From positions 1 through 64,000 of the forward strand of contig JAAPAO010000057.1 in the NCBI GenBank assembly GCA_013115145.1: a stretch of 64,000 nt of DNA. Direction: 5' to 3'. Under the pieces are notes generated by a model. The model made no database searches. It had not been told where the DNA came from and saw nothing but the letters and a program-made list of their open reading frames with translations. Below, piece after piece: positions 52,036-64,000 of this stretch. The first letter of the stretch is position 1. Each line of letters starts with the position of its first letter. Made by a program: the position numbers and the translations under genes. This DNA is from Perkinsus chesapeaki ATCC PRA-425. Taxonomy: Eukaryota > Protista > Perkinsozoa.

Positions 52036-54452
52036 ATGGATGTTGGTGGCGATGCGGGAGAAATGGTATGAAACTTATGGGGGTTGATAGAGATGGAGTT
52101 TTCAGATTGAAGGGCTACAAAAGCGAGTTAAAGAATTAGAAGCTCAACTTAAAAATATGATGTCTGGTAGGATCGAACCTGTGCCTCTTGCTTTGTAGTG
52201 TAATATGAGGTAATAATGACGATGATGGAGATGGAGAGGATTCCCTCGCCAAAGCGGTTGCCAAGTCTGGCCAGGTCCCTGTGTGGGCATGCAATGGTAA
52301 GTGTGGTTCACAACTGCGGGGGGGGGCAAATGCCTGATGAGGTTCGGGCCCAAGGTGTTGCTTATAGTTCGCGAAAATATAGTTTAACATAACGATTAAT
52401 ATTTCTATACACCGACTAATAATTGTATATAACGCGTGCTTTATTATTATTAAGGTCAGGTTTATGGACCTGAGTCTACTCGTGAGGAGCTTGTTACTGA
52501 GTATCCGTGGTTAACCTCCTCCTCCATCCTCAGGTATAGCGGAGCCTTTGGAATCATTAATGGCCGCGCTGGAAGCAACGGTATGTGGTGATAAAGGTAA
52601 GGAGGATGATGGAGGGGAGGCACCATTGGTAACTAGTATTAAGACAGTAGAGGTAATAGTCATTACTGATAGAGGAATACATATACTGCTTTAGGGGGAG
52701 ATTAGTAAGCTATTCGATGCCATTAATACTATAGAAAATGAATCAAGGGCAACTCAGAAGACAGTGCAGGATGTAGCGGCTGGGAAGGTATTAACGGTAT
52801 AGCTATTGTAATGTGACGATTTGGAGTAGATAGCATTGAAGGGTGATAATGTAAAGGGTGCTGGAGGCTTCAATCTGGCTGATGGTAGTAGTAGGCGTTG
52901 GTCTGTAGTAAGGGGACAGATATTGTGTCGCAGAGGACCGTGAGGCGTTGAATAAGATTCTAGAAGGGTTAGATGGGGAGTTCTCCAAGTTGCAAGAGGG
53001 GACACCGAAGGCTCCCATTGCTGGTGTTGGAGTTTCACCAAGTAGGTGATGACAGTGTGGGGCCTCCTGTTGAGGTTGTTAAAGGTGATGTTGATGCTAT
53101 TATTAAGGAAGTTGAAGCTGTTATGAGGACAGTAGAGACTCTAGAGAAAGTTTGCCAGGATAACACTAAAGCGGTAGTGATAGTAGAAGGTTTAATGTTG
53201 ATGGGGATGTGTAGGTGAAGGAAAGTAAAGTGGTAATTGATGATAAACAAAAGGAGATTGACGCATTGAAAGAGGGAGCAGCAACAACAGGCCAGCCATC
53301 GACTAAGGCTAAAGAGGATGGCACTGATTTCTTTGCTGGTAAGGTAGTGGTAGTGTGGGGCATTGGAGTTTAGTGTAGATGCTGGCATTGCTGGTGATGG
53401 TGCTCAAGCTGGTGTTGGCGAGCCTATGGTACCGGCATCACAACTTGATGCAGTTAAGAAGGAACTGGAGGATACTAGAGCGGTAATAAAGAACTGGTTT
53501 ATACTGGAAACAGTGTTGGTTTCTGATAGGCATTGGCCGCAGCTAGAGCAACAGTAACGACCTCGGGAGGAGGAGGAGGGGGAATGGACGCTGGAGCTAT
53601 GATGGGCATGATGAGCGCTATGATGCAACAAAACTTCATGGCACAAAATGCGCCTAAGGTGAGCAGCAGCTTTATTACTACTGTTGTTGGTACGTGCCTT
53701 ATAGGAGCCTTCGAGAGGAGCTGACTCTGGTGCTGGTGGAGGTGGTAGGCCATTAGGCTTTGTGGTATTGATTTGGAGTTATAGGTGGTGCTACTGGAGG
53801 GGTTATGAAGATCCAATTAGAGGCTTTAGAGGCTGAATGTGATAGACTACGACATGATGCTGCACAGGCAAAGAGCTTGGCGACTGAAGTGGTGTTTTTG
53901 AAGAGGCAAGTTGCTGGTAGGGATTAATTCCGAGGAGTAGGCCGCTTTGTAAGCTGTCATATTAGAGCTTGAGTCGGAAGGAACTATGAGAAATACTGAT
54001 GCTGATACTATAGAGGGATTGAAGGTTCAAGCGGAGAATTCGGTATGATGATATACTGTTACCGTTGGTATAACTTTACGTTTTCTTTAAGGTGCTCACT
54101 TCCAGACTGCTGTTGATGGAGAGGCAAACACTCGAAATAAAGGCGCGGAATAAGATGCTGGAAGATAAGCTGGCTGTGAGTGGAGTAGTGGACTGGGAGG
54201 GGATTGGTGGCATTTTAGTTGGTGGGAAGAATGGCGAATGATGATAAGATAAAAAATATCATAAACGATGCTGATATATCATTTAACGATGATTTAGATG
54301 GTAAGACTCAATGAGGCTTTGGTTCTCGTATGGGTTTCATAGCCACACCGACGGTATCTACTTTGACCACTCTATTGGCACTGAGTAATAGAGCACAAGA
54401 GGAGATGAGACAACAGATGGAGATGATGATGGAACATAATAATAGAGAGTAA
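52036..54452 (+). CDS. Hypothetical coiled-coil protein, multi-exon
   Basis: Heptad-like exons DVDAIIKEVEAVMRTVETLEKV, QLDAVKKELEDTRA, LEALEAECDRLRHDAAQAKSLATEVVFLKRQV and LLMERQTLEIKARNKMLEDKL. Confidence 0.5.
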
Positions 54453-54619
54453 GGTTATGACTTTCCTAGTCATAACAGACAGGAGGCTCAATGAGGCTCA
54501 ATAATTTTGGGTACGGGTGTTCATGCTTAATAATAAAGTATGGCTCATTCTATTAGCTTTTGAGCGACTCATCAAAACGTGTAACGAAGCCACTATTTTG
54601 CGGGTTAAGTGTTACTTTT

Positions 54620-57389
54620 AGGCAACAACATACACCGGGTCGCCTGGCGCTAGGATTCGGTGCTGCTTCTTCTTCTAGTAGACCAGCTGAGGGTATACCA
54701 TCTCCTAGTCACATGGATTCAACTATGTAAGATTCATACTAGACAGTGTCGTTTATGACAATCCACTTTAGGCGATCCACTGGAGGGTTTTCCCGAACTA
54801 TGGGATGGCCACAAGTATCTACTAAACGGTATAGGCCTATTTATTAGACATGTAGGGCTGGGGCTTTAGCCCAAAGTGTGATCCATATTGTTGTTGATAA
54901 TAACAAAGGTCGTTGTGTTATAGTAGGAACAGGCTCCTAATGCGAAAATGCAATGAAAAAGGTATTCGTTCTGTCAACATTTTATGTTCCTCTATGACCC
55001 ACTGTATACGAGATGAAACCCGTTTGGAACGCGTATCATTGCGTGGGCAAATAAACAGTAAATATAGGTAACTAGTATAAGGTGGCAACAAACTAACATA
55101 TCTTGGTTCATTACTATACCTAGGACCCCACGGGACTTCGCTCAAAACGTCAAAGGCGTAAGAAACTCATTTACGATACTCTTTTTTGAGATACAATAAA
55201 TGATCTCGAACTTCGGCCATATCCTTTAACGATCGTGTTAACTGATCACAGGGTTGTATAAGCAATGTCATATGGCATTTAACGTAACAGCTTACACATT
55301 TATATTCCTCACTATTCTTCTTCATGCCAGGGAAGGTGGCCAAGACTTCCCGTAAACCCAAACGATACTCGTTTCTTGCAAATAATTGTTTTAACTAATA
55401 ACCGCCACGATAAAACAATAGGACTTCCAATACTACCTTTTCCTTCATCTCATCCTGTTTCGAAGGTTTCGCTTTTACAGCTAACGAACACAGTATACTC
55501 ACCGTCTCCGATTGCACCTTTCCCCTCATACCTGTAGCTGCTGCACCAGTGACATCTTTACGTGCTTTATCATCTGTCTGTGCTACATCATCATCAAGCT
55601 CATCAGGATCAACGCCTGTTTGTAACAGTTCATCATCCAAGGCAGCCTGGGAAGATAGTAACAGGAATACCGAAGATGACATAGTTATACATCAGCCAGT
55701 CCCTCCTTTCGAACTTCCTCCTTGTTCCTTTCCTTCTCCATTATATCTGCAACGCTAAACCTTCCCATTTATCTACTGGTATTGTTATTACTAGTAATAG
55801 CCTTCCCTAATAGAGTTGATTGTTCATCTTCACTCTCGCTGGAGCTGGATGATTCGCTATCAGAATCCCTGCCAGTGCGCGCCTAATAACAACGAGACAT
55901 TCAAACAACGGGTAGCTCGATTCTCCATGAAGGCTTCCGGGTTTCGGCCAACGCAGTTGAAGGATATCGGAGTGAACTCCAACACGGAACTTAAATAAGA
56001 AAGGTTAGACGGAGGATTCTATGCCGACTGTAAGTTGTCGCCTGTAAGTCCTTTAGTACCTCCTTCATTTTTTCCTTCTCCTTATCAACCGCTCCAGCCG
56101 TTTCTATTTGTACTTCATTTGCAGCATCAGGATCATCTAGTAGTTCATCATCATCACCTATACAACACCATAACCAGTATCTTCCCTATCTCCCTTCCTA
56201 CTAAAGTCCTCATTGCCTTCCCATTCATCATCATGCTTTACTGCATACAACTTACCAACACTTAAACTAGAGCTGGGTACCTGCTCTCCATCTACCCCCC
56301 TCATCCTCAATAGTACTATCTACCTCCTTAGCCTCTAAGTTGTGCCTTGCCGTCTTTGAAGCCTTCAGCTTCCTCTTTGCCTCCTTCCGTGCAGCCTCTA
56401 CCATTCAACATTCCCCCAGCAGCCATGCCTATATCGTACTACTTTCAGCATCCTGGCCTTCCTCAGCGTCTCCTCCTCTGGCCTTTGCCTTCTTCATTTC
56501 TATAGCTGCCCTCATACGTATAAATCTACAATCCGGGGCTTGGGGAAATTTAGTCGAAGTACAGTTTTTTTGGTAAGCTCGAGTGTAGAGATTTCAATAC
56601 AAAAGGAACTAACGCGAAATTTGCTATGCTTATCAGGATTTTTGCTGCCCACCTCCCGATGATGTCGCGTACCGCTTTCTGTCTGCCACCCTATTCCTCT
56701 CCTTTTACCTTTTCTCATCATTCTTATCCGCAAGTCTTTGTTTCTTCATCACTTGTTCTGCTATCTCCGTCTCTGTCTCTTCCTTAACTTTATCATTACT
56801 TTCCTTCACTCTGTCCACAGTGACACCTTTCGACTGAGCATACCATACCCGCCCCCACACACCCTTACCTGCTGTATCATTTCTAGCCATCCTCAACTCA
56901 ACCCCTGATAAAGGCCGGAACTCCAGCCACCTGTTTTCAGTAATATCCCCTTATACACTAGTATCGTCCTACTTCCTTACAGGCGCCACTCTATAAGCCC
57001 CAGGATTAGTAGGGTCAACGGATAGTGTAAACCAGCAGGAGGTATCATTGGCAGTTGGTCTACCACTGTATATAGCATTAGACCCTGATGACAGTATTAT
57101 CATCCATACATATAATAACTGCCTTACCTTGTGATACGCCTCTTAGTGTCATTGAATCCTCCTCATCATACCGTGCCTGTCACCAATCGTCTAACATTGA
57201 GGGGAATGCTGTATCTCTTACAGCCTTTATCTGTTCCTCTTTCTTCTTGAATGCATTAAAGTTCTTCTTTTCTCCTATTTCCAGTTCAACTCTAACTTTT
57301 GTTCGTTGACTTGTCAATGTAGCATTCGAGCTCATATTCCCAAAACCGCTCCCTTCCGCTATATTAGATCCATCTGAGGGCGGCGGCAC
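54620..57389 (-). CDS. Hypothetical multi-exon protein
   Basis: Start MPPPSDGSNIAEG...; exon-like segments KVRVELEIGEKKNFNAFKKKEEQIKAV, KKTVLRLNFPKPRIVDLY, KDMAEVRDHLLYLKKEYRK and SEVPWGPRYSNEPR. The 3' end is uncertain. Confidence 0.45.
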
Positions 57390-57878
57390 TCAGTTGCTTT
57401 ACTAATTTATTATTTCGCCGTTTTGAGTAAGATACCATTTCCGAGCTAATCCTCAGGTTTTGAAGGAGAGCATTAAAATGATATCAGGGCACATACCCCA
57501 AACCAGCTACGACGGGGTAACCCAAACCGAAGCCGAGACGTTTTCTGATGCCGCCCTACAATTGGCTCTCCCAATATGGGCTTGTCTACTATATGCGTAA
57601 ACCAGCGGCGGCGGCCTTTGTATTACCAAAGTTAGGTGGGAACTTAGCAACGTCCGCATCCTCCCCTCCGGTGGAGGCATCAGCGTCAACTATCCATCGT
57701 ATTTCTGGTACAGCTGTCGGTGATGATGACGACACTGGAGGCACCATGGTACTGCTGCTGTTGTAACACCTTATAAGAATTACTAAGCAACACAGATCTT
57801 ATAAAGTAGGGTAGAAGAGTGCACACTAGTAGAAACAATGGTAACAGATGGGCTGTTGCTGCTGCTGCTTGGTGATGC

Positions 57879-58911
57879 CTATACCTCGTACATAGGCAAG
57901 ATGACTTGGGGTTCACCACGCAGTCTAGATCTATAAAGAGATATTGTTAATATAGAGTAGTACTCAAGTATATTACCGGAAGTAGTAGTAGAGGAAGTCA
58001 CTGAGGATCAACAGGTTAAGGGTCTCACTGGCCATTTGAACACCCCTATTATCTGGATAAGCATACTCGAAAATAAGAGGGTAACTAAATATAGAGTGAT
58101 ACATAATATAGTTATGGTATATTACCTGAACCAGAATATCAATGTGCAAGCTCTATTGACAGCAGTGAGAACGACAAAGTTGGCCAGTGGAGCTGAGACA
58201 ACCTTATCCTGTTGAAACATCCATAATTGAGGGAATAATGCCACTGCACATAACACCTATAAGATTTGAGTAAAGAGCGGTATGAGATGGATGTATTACC
58301 TCATAGAAGCAACAGAAGTATGATACATAGAATGAGCTATGACTTCTGCGTACTAGATACCATAGGAAGGCTAATACTGCTGTGAAGAGGTATATAAAAC
58401 CATATCTATTGTAAATAAATGGCCTAAGAGGAAAGAAGAGCCTTCTTACCTGGTTAATGGCGTTGTGACTGGCACGCCCATCCTTTGAAAAAATGCTTGG
58501 CCAAAATTATCCTTCTGAGCTTCGTAGGATGTTTTATATCTTGTAGTAGTATAAACCAACATATATGTGCCAAACGCAGCATTAAGTATCTGATAGAAAA
58601 ATGGTAAAAATAATAATAAGAGGTTCAACTGTTACATCCATGAGACCATACACCCAAAACGGTATGACAGTTGGTCGGAAGTGTAAGCCTAGTGGGTGAC
58701 TTAAGAGATGAAGGCATCGAGCTACTGCCACACATCCTAGTGTCTGGAAGGATAGACCTGATGCTGAGTGGGACTTCTTAACCTGTAATAGAGGGGTGAA
58801 TGTGGTGGTATGGTATAATACTACTTGGTGATATACAGCAATAAAGGAGCCCAGTAAGGCTATGTCTGCCCCTAGGATAAGACTATCAAGGAAGAGGGAT
58901 GTAGTGGGCAT
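57879..58911 (-). CDS. ERD2: ER lumen protein-retaining receptor (ERD2/KDELR-like), multi-exon
   Basis: VKKSHSASGLSFQTL, RYKTSYEAQKDNFG, AVALFPQLWMFQQDK, ASETLNLLILSDFLYYYFRSRLRGEPQVILP. Confidence 0.85.
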
Positions 58912-59504
58912 TGCTGCTAAAACTATATAGGTCACTCATCAGCTGTAGATTACAACAAGTAGACTTTTAGGTAAGTAAATGGCCATCTTCTATCATTTAT
59001 AGGCTTAAATTAAGAAGCGGTATGAATGCCGCTTTCGCCAATACCAGCCTCCCTAAGCTATCATTAACGTGTGCTTTATGTACTTGAGCATTGGGTAATT
59101 ATCTAGTGCTGTACTGTGCCATTCTATCACCCTTTCCCGAGGCTCAGGCACTCCAAATCAGTGTATCTCTTTTGTAGCTCCCTCACTCAAATGGTTAGCA
59201 TTGTAGTGTACGTCAACCCCTCCAAGTTCATGCATTCAATTAACCGTCTAGATACCCCCAGACGGACCAGTCAAGCAGCAGCAGCAGCTGTCAGCTGGAA
59301 TTGTACTTTTTATTATCGCGCGCGCCATTATAATCGATATCTGCGCACTTCGAGCACTGTCGCTTGCGTCTTCCACAAGGCAGGAAAATCCTTCTATTAG
59401 GATTGTCAGGGCACGTTGGATGGGGCCTCTAGTTATTCCTTACATTCGGCTTTTGTTATGGTTATTGATATATATTTGTGGTGCTTAGTAGCTTATTGTA
59501 GCGT

Positions 59505-60853
59505 ATGTCATCATTTAGAGTCTTTGTAGACCTTCGGGCTGAATCCATTAGTATTATAGATTCCTTAATAACCAGGGAAGTATCATCTCGGTTAGGCCGT
59601 CATGATGGTATATGCAATATGGCTTTAACTGGTGAGACAGCTCCAAGTAAGCATAAGGCCTTATACGTCTCCCCCTAGCATCTGGTCAGGTTTCGGGCTT
59701 TCTATTAATGAGAACTGTGACCCTACTGTACAGAGTGATCACCTAGCTGCATTCAGACGACTGGATCCTAATGGTTTTCAATCGGGACCAGTGCTGGCTA
59801 GAGGATCGTTGTCGTTACCTATACGAGACGGCAAACTTAAGAGAGGTAGAGGAGGGGGTATGGGGAGGTAGTTAAGGGCTTATCAGGCACATGGCAAGGT
59901 ATATACCTTATGAACTGCTCCCATAAAGATTCAAGAGCTGTTATCGCTGTTACCTGCATTCCAGCGGTTAGTACTAAACACTTTGAGGTATCAGGGGCTA
60001 GAGGGGCACATATAATACCTAGGGAGAAATATGATAGGGTAAGGGAAGGGGGCTGTTAGGGGGAGGAGAGGAGGAGGATTCATGGGCTTAGATGCTGGCT
60101 GGTGATGATGATGTTGTTATTAACTTTACAGAGCTACATACATCGGCATCATTATCAATATTAGATGGTGAAGGAGAGGAGGCTAAGACACTTGAAGAGA
60201 CTGTGTCAAAAGTAGTACCAGAGACTTGGAACTATGATATATTCCAACACGTTTATGAGGGACCAGATGATATGCCAGGTAGTAGGGCTCGAAAGGTCGT
60301 GGGTTCAATTCCTGGTGCAGGCCATATGAAAAGCACACTTCTGGGGTGCAGCCATTCTTTGTCTTCCTATGAGTTAAATGATCCAGAGGGCGCCCGGCCG
60401 TATTTGACAGAGCATAGGAACTCTGGTGGATGGGGAGTAGGTCACACTCGAACACTCGAGCTTACAGCTGTTAAGGCTTCTAAGAACCTCACCACGGCCA
60501 AGGTTAAGGTAAAAAGATATTTCCGAGGTTGATTGAATGCATCAGAAGTATCTTAGGTTGATGAGGAGGTTATGAATCAACTTGATTTAGCGTGTGATAA
60601 ATATAGTATGGTTCATCTTAGTGTTTATGATGGTTATTCCCTAGTAGTTGGCTGTGATATAATACCGTCTGTGCGCCCGGAGATTTTACCCTATGCAGCT
60701 GTAGGGAACGGTCGTACTGTGGACGTCCCTTTAAAGCAAGGATGTAAGGTATGGGTAGTACCACCAAGGATGTCAGGTGACACTATTATGGAATGTCAAT
60801 TATATGCTACTGTAAAGATTGTCTACTTTGACCCTAAACCTGATAAAGAGTAA
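59505..60853 (+). CDS. yjbQ: YjbQ/UPF0047 family protein with two clear tandem domains and possibly a third
   Basis: Domain 1: GLSINENCDPTVQSD...SLSLPIRDGKL..GTWQGIYL. Domain 2: RGAHII...LHTSASLSI...FQHVYEGPDDMPGHMKSTLLG...YLTEHRNSGGWGVGHTR. Confidence 0.8.
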
Positions 60854-61113
60854 AGCCTAAGAGGTACTCCATTAAGAGTTTATTAAATACCTTGTTCGCT
60901 GCTGTGTGTTTCATCCTCCGTCCGTATGTGGTGTTGATTAATACAAGTATACTGCAATGCACGGATAACCCTGATGCCATTTTGCTGTATTATGCATTGC
61001 TTACTATTATTAAGAACCATTTCGATTCACATAGTAAGCCAATATTATACTAACCAAACAGTCGAGTAGCTCTTCATAATGGACGGTAACTCTGACACTA
61101 GAGTTTTTTTCTG

Positions 61114-62067
61114 ATGTCATGTCCGGTCCCTCCACCTATCATCTCTAATGGGTCTACCTTGCACTCCCCCCCAAGGCACCCATCGAAGCTGGATATGCCA
61201 CTACAGCCTGGGCCAGTGCATCTGGAACCGGGCTTCCTATCACAGCTCATCTCCGGTGGTACCGCTGCAGTTATCGGCAGAACATGCACCGCTCCGCTAG
61301 ATAGGGTAAAAATATTAATGCAAGTGGAGGGGAAGGCAACAGCAGCAGCATCTACGGTTGGTAGGGGTAGCTGGGTGATGGTACTAATGAGGACGGCAAG
61401 GGAACAAGGGTTAGCCTCATTATGGAGGGGTAACATGGCCAACCTTATAAGAATCTTTCCGACACAGGCTTTGAGGATGACTATATTCTCCAGGCTCAAA
61501 GAGCTTCGTCGAAGTTATGGCATTCAGACTACACAACAGACCATTGTACCAGCGCTGCTGTCGGGAATGATCTCGGGGGCATCAGCTTGTTTTCTAATGT
61601 ATCCTTTGGATGTTGCTAGGACAACTATGGCAGCTCAGGCATATCAGACGACGCTTACTGAGGAGCTGAGGAGGATGGTACGGGAAAGGACAATGTTCAG
61701 AGGCCTAGGGGTTAATATGATAGAGATTGCACCTTATGTTGGGGTGTCATTAGGGAGCTATGATTATATGAAAGAGCGGTATGAGATGAAGCATGGCCAT
61801 CTTAGTGCCTGGGATAGGCTACTAATAGGCACCTGTAGTGGTATATTAGCTGTATCCACCTGTTTCCCTTTGGATACAGTTAGACGTTATATGATTGTAC
61901 ATAAAGTGCCTTTCAAGAAAGCAATGGTCGAGCTACTTGGAGCTGGTGGACCAATAAGGCTGTATAGAGGTCTACCTGTATCAGTGCTAAAGGCAGCTCC
62001 TACTGCTGGTATAACACTGATGGCTAATGATATGTTAAAGCAGGCCTTTGCAGCTATAGGACGGTGA
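61114..62067 (+). CDS. Mitochondrial carrier (SLC25 family), intronless
   Basis: Three carrier signatures, APLDRVKILMQ, YPLDVARTTM and FPLDTVRRYM, plus LWRGNMANLIRIFP and LYRGLPVSVLKAAP. Substrate uncertain (resembles nucleotide/CoA carriers). Confidence 0.92.
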   Translation: MSCPVPPPIISNGSTLHSPPRHPSKLDMPLQPGPVHLEPGFLSQLISGGTAAVIGRTCTAPLDRVKILMQVEGKATAAASTVGRGSWVMVLMRTAREQGLASLWRGNMANLIRIFPTQALRMTIFSRLKELRRSYGIQTTQQTIVPALLSGMISGASACFLMYPLDVARTTMAAQAYQTTLTEELRRMVRERTMFRGLGVNMIEIAPYVGVSLGSYDYMKERYEMKHGHLSAWDRLLIGTCSGILAVSTCFPLDTVRRYMIVHKVPFKKAMVELLGAGGPIRLYRGLPVSVLKAAPTAGITLMANDMLKQAFAAIGR

Positions 62068-62244
62068 TGGTAGGACAATGAAGAATAGGGATAGTAATAT
62101 GCACAGAGGCAGCGGGAGGCAGCAGGAGGAGGAAGAAGAAGAGGAGGAATGCCTCAAAGTTATAAATTTTCTAATTCGGCCAGTTACGCTGTCTTGGGTT
62201 ACTTGTAGATGATTCTGATAGCTGCTGTTGCTGCTTTTAAATAA

Positions 62245-64000
62245 ATGTCCATCAGCCTGAGTAGGTCCCCTCGGGACATGTCCTCCCTTCGTATGGCCTG
62301 TAGTACGGGTAACAGTGTTGGGCCGGGAAGTTATGATCCAAAGAAGCCCAGGGGTGGCCCTATTACGGTAGTGGAGACAAGTTCGACATCGGACAAGTGC
62401 TTTTTGTAATAGGTTTATGAGGAGGTTAATGAAGATGGTACAGTAGAGACAATTCAGCTATTTAAACGAGGGACCGAGGTCAGGAGGGACTCATCTGAGG
62501 AAAAGTCGGTATGAGTATGATTAGGTACCGTTCCAAAGCCTTGAGGAGAAGTTTGCTGTATATAATAGAGCTAATGCATCTAAAACACCAGGTAAGGGTC
62601 ATAGGATAATAATAACATCATCATCGACGTTTGGACTTGCTCGACAAGTTTTCACCTTCATGTCACCGCAGCCATCCGCATGGCTACTTCCGCTTAACAA
62701 CAATCGCAGCATCTTTGTTAATAACTTACAATTTTGGGCAGGTCCTGGTACATACGCACCGATGTTGTCATGCTCTAAAGATTGTGGTAAATCAGCAGGA
62801 TATGGTCTTAAGTCAAGGTCAGCTAGGCTAGCACCAGTAGCACCAGGAAGCTCACAGTATACAGCAAGCACTGTAGTGGATAATCCCGGTAATACAGGAG
62901 TAATAGACATGGTAGAGGTGATGATGGTCAGGGCCAGGGGCATACTTTAGTGGTGATGATATGACCAATGGTCCTAGTGTACGTCGACGGTCAGAGGCAC
63001 CAATAAGGATACCAACTAGTAGAGTGTCAGCAAGTATACCAGTTAGAAGACTATTGCCAGGGGTAAACAAGGGTGAGATTGTTGTTGATAACTTTTATTA
63101 TTTGTTATTAGGATACAGTAAAGGATTCAGCAATACCTACGATGGACTTCACAGGCGACAAGGATGACACCTGTGGACCTGATAGATACTCAATAGAGTC
63201 GGCTAGAAGGGTTACAGGACCCGGGGTTAGGGATGCACAGTGGCACAAGTATAGGGAACAGAGGAAGGTCTTCCAACCGAGCCACTCTATATCCAACGAA
63301 CTGCCAGACCCGGTGGTGCCTGGACCAGGACAGTATCATGGGATGAACCATAATAATCGTAAACTGCCATCATTGGGAACTAGTCAGTTCCGAAGTAGAG
63401 TCCCTATGGCTCATCAAATAGTAGTGTACCCTGAGGGCAAGGTGGGGGGCAGCAGCTCAAGTCAGTATGGTGATGAGTTGGTCTCTACTGCTGCTAATAC
63501 AGCGACTACAACAGGAGGCTTTACCGATGGTGGCAACTACTGTGGGCATTATAGCTCAGCAAGGATGGCTATAGCTGCCCATAAGGCCGCAGTCGCCCCG
63601 TTCTCATCAAGTGTACCAAGATCAGATGGTTGGGCACGGACCGTAGAGGCACCATACACTACATCACACCGAGGTGGCCCTGGACCGGGGGCTTACCGTC
63701 AGCCCCGATCAAACTCACTAAAGGATGCAGTGACAGTATTGGCCAGGCCAGGAGGCAAAGCTGCTGGCACTGATAGCTTTACTACCAAAACTATTAAGCA
63801 TAAGCTTACTACAGTGGAGGGGGTGCACGTCCGTATGGTTGATGATCCTGTGGTGACACTTGGGCAACATAGGAGGTATTATGGCGTACATAACCCTTTG
63901 AACATGGCAATAGTATCCGAGGCACTTGATAACCGTGAACCTATGATATCATTTAATACTACTGATGGAAGACCGTGCAATAAGCCTTTACTTCAGACCA
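62245..64000 (+). CDS. SHIPPO/STPG (ODF3-like) PGPGxY-repeat protein, truncated by the window end
   Basis: Recurrent VGPGSYDP, AGPGTYAP, TPGPDRY, VPGPGQY and GPGPGAYRQP motifs in plus-strand exons. Confidence 0.72.

Noticed and set aside
51000-64000. Apparent shift to AT-richer, A/T-ending codons in the right-hand quarter
   Set aside because: Judged by eye only and explicable by intron density and expression level; no boundary feature was found.

Overview
Gene-dense eukaryotic DNA with short (about 42-125 nt) GT-AG introns. It is most likely an alveolate protist such as Perkinsus, which is an inference from gene style, KG-rich low-complexity sequence and gene content, not from a search. Left part: two tandem cofactor-independent phosphoglycerate mutase (iPGM) genes, KATNAL2, AATF/Bfr2, a TPR protein, tRNA-Pro(AGG) and a STE11-like MAP3K. 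Centre (22.2-46.3 kb): a head-to-tail array of four ZNFX1-like genes (RNA-binding N-terminus, UPF1-like SF1 helicase, NFX1-type Cys/His repeats, RING-like domain, RZ-type finger). The four are diverged almost everywhere except a roughly 350-560 nt helicase-core segment that is near-identical at DNA level. They differ in N-terminal module, in Zn-repeat number (about 14/7/2/2) and in RZ-finger integrity. One copy is intact, one has a single frameshift, one has one in-frame TAG that may be intronic, and one has five lesions. Right part: a receiver-domain plus degenerate class III cyclase gene, two unknown multi-exon genes, an ERD2/KDEL-receptor-like gene, a YjbQ gene with tandem domains, a mitochondrial carrier and a SHIPPO-repeat gene running off the end. 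All exon boundaries and alignments were made by eye, and family assignments are from remembered motifs.
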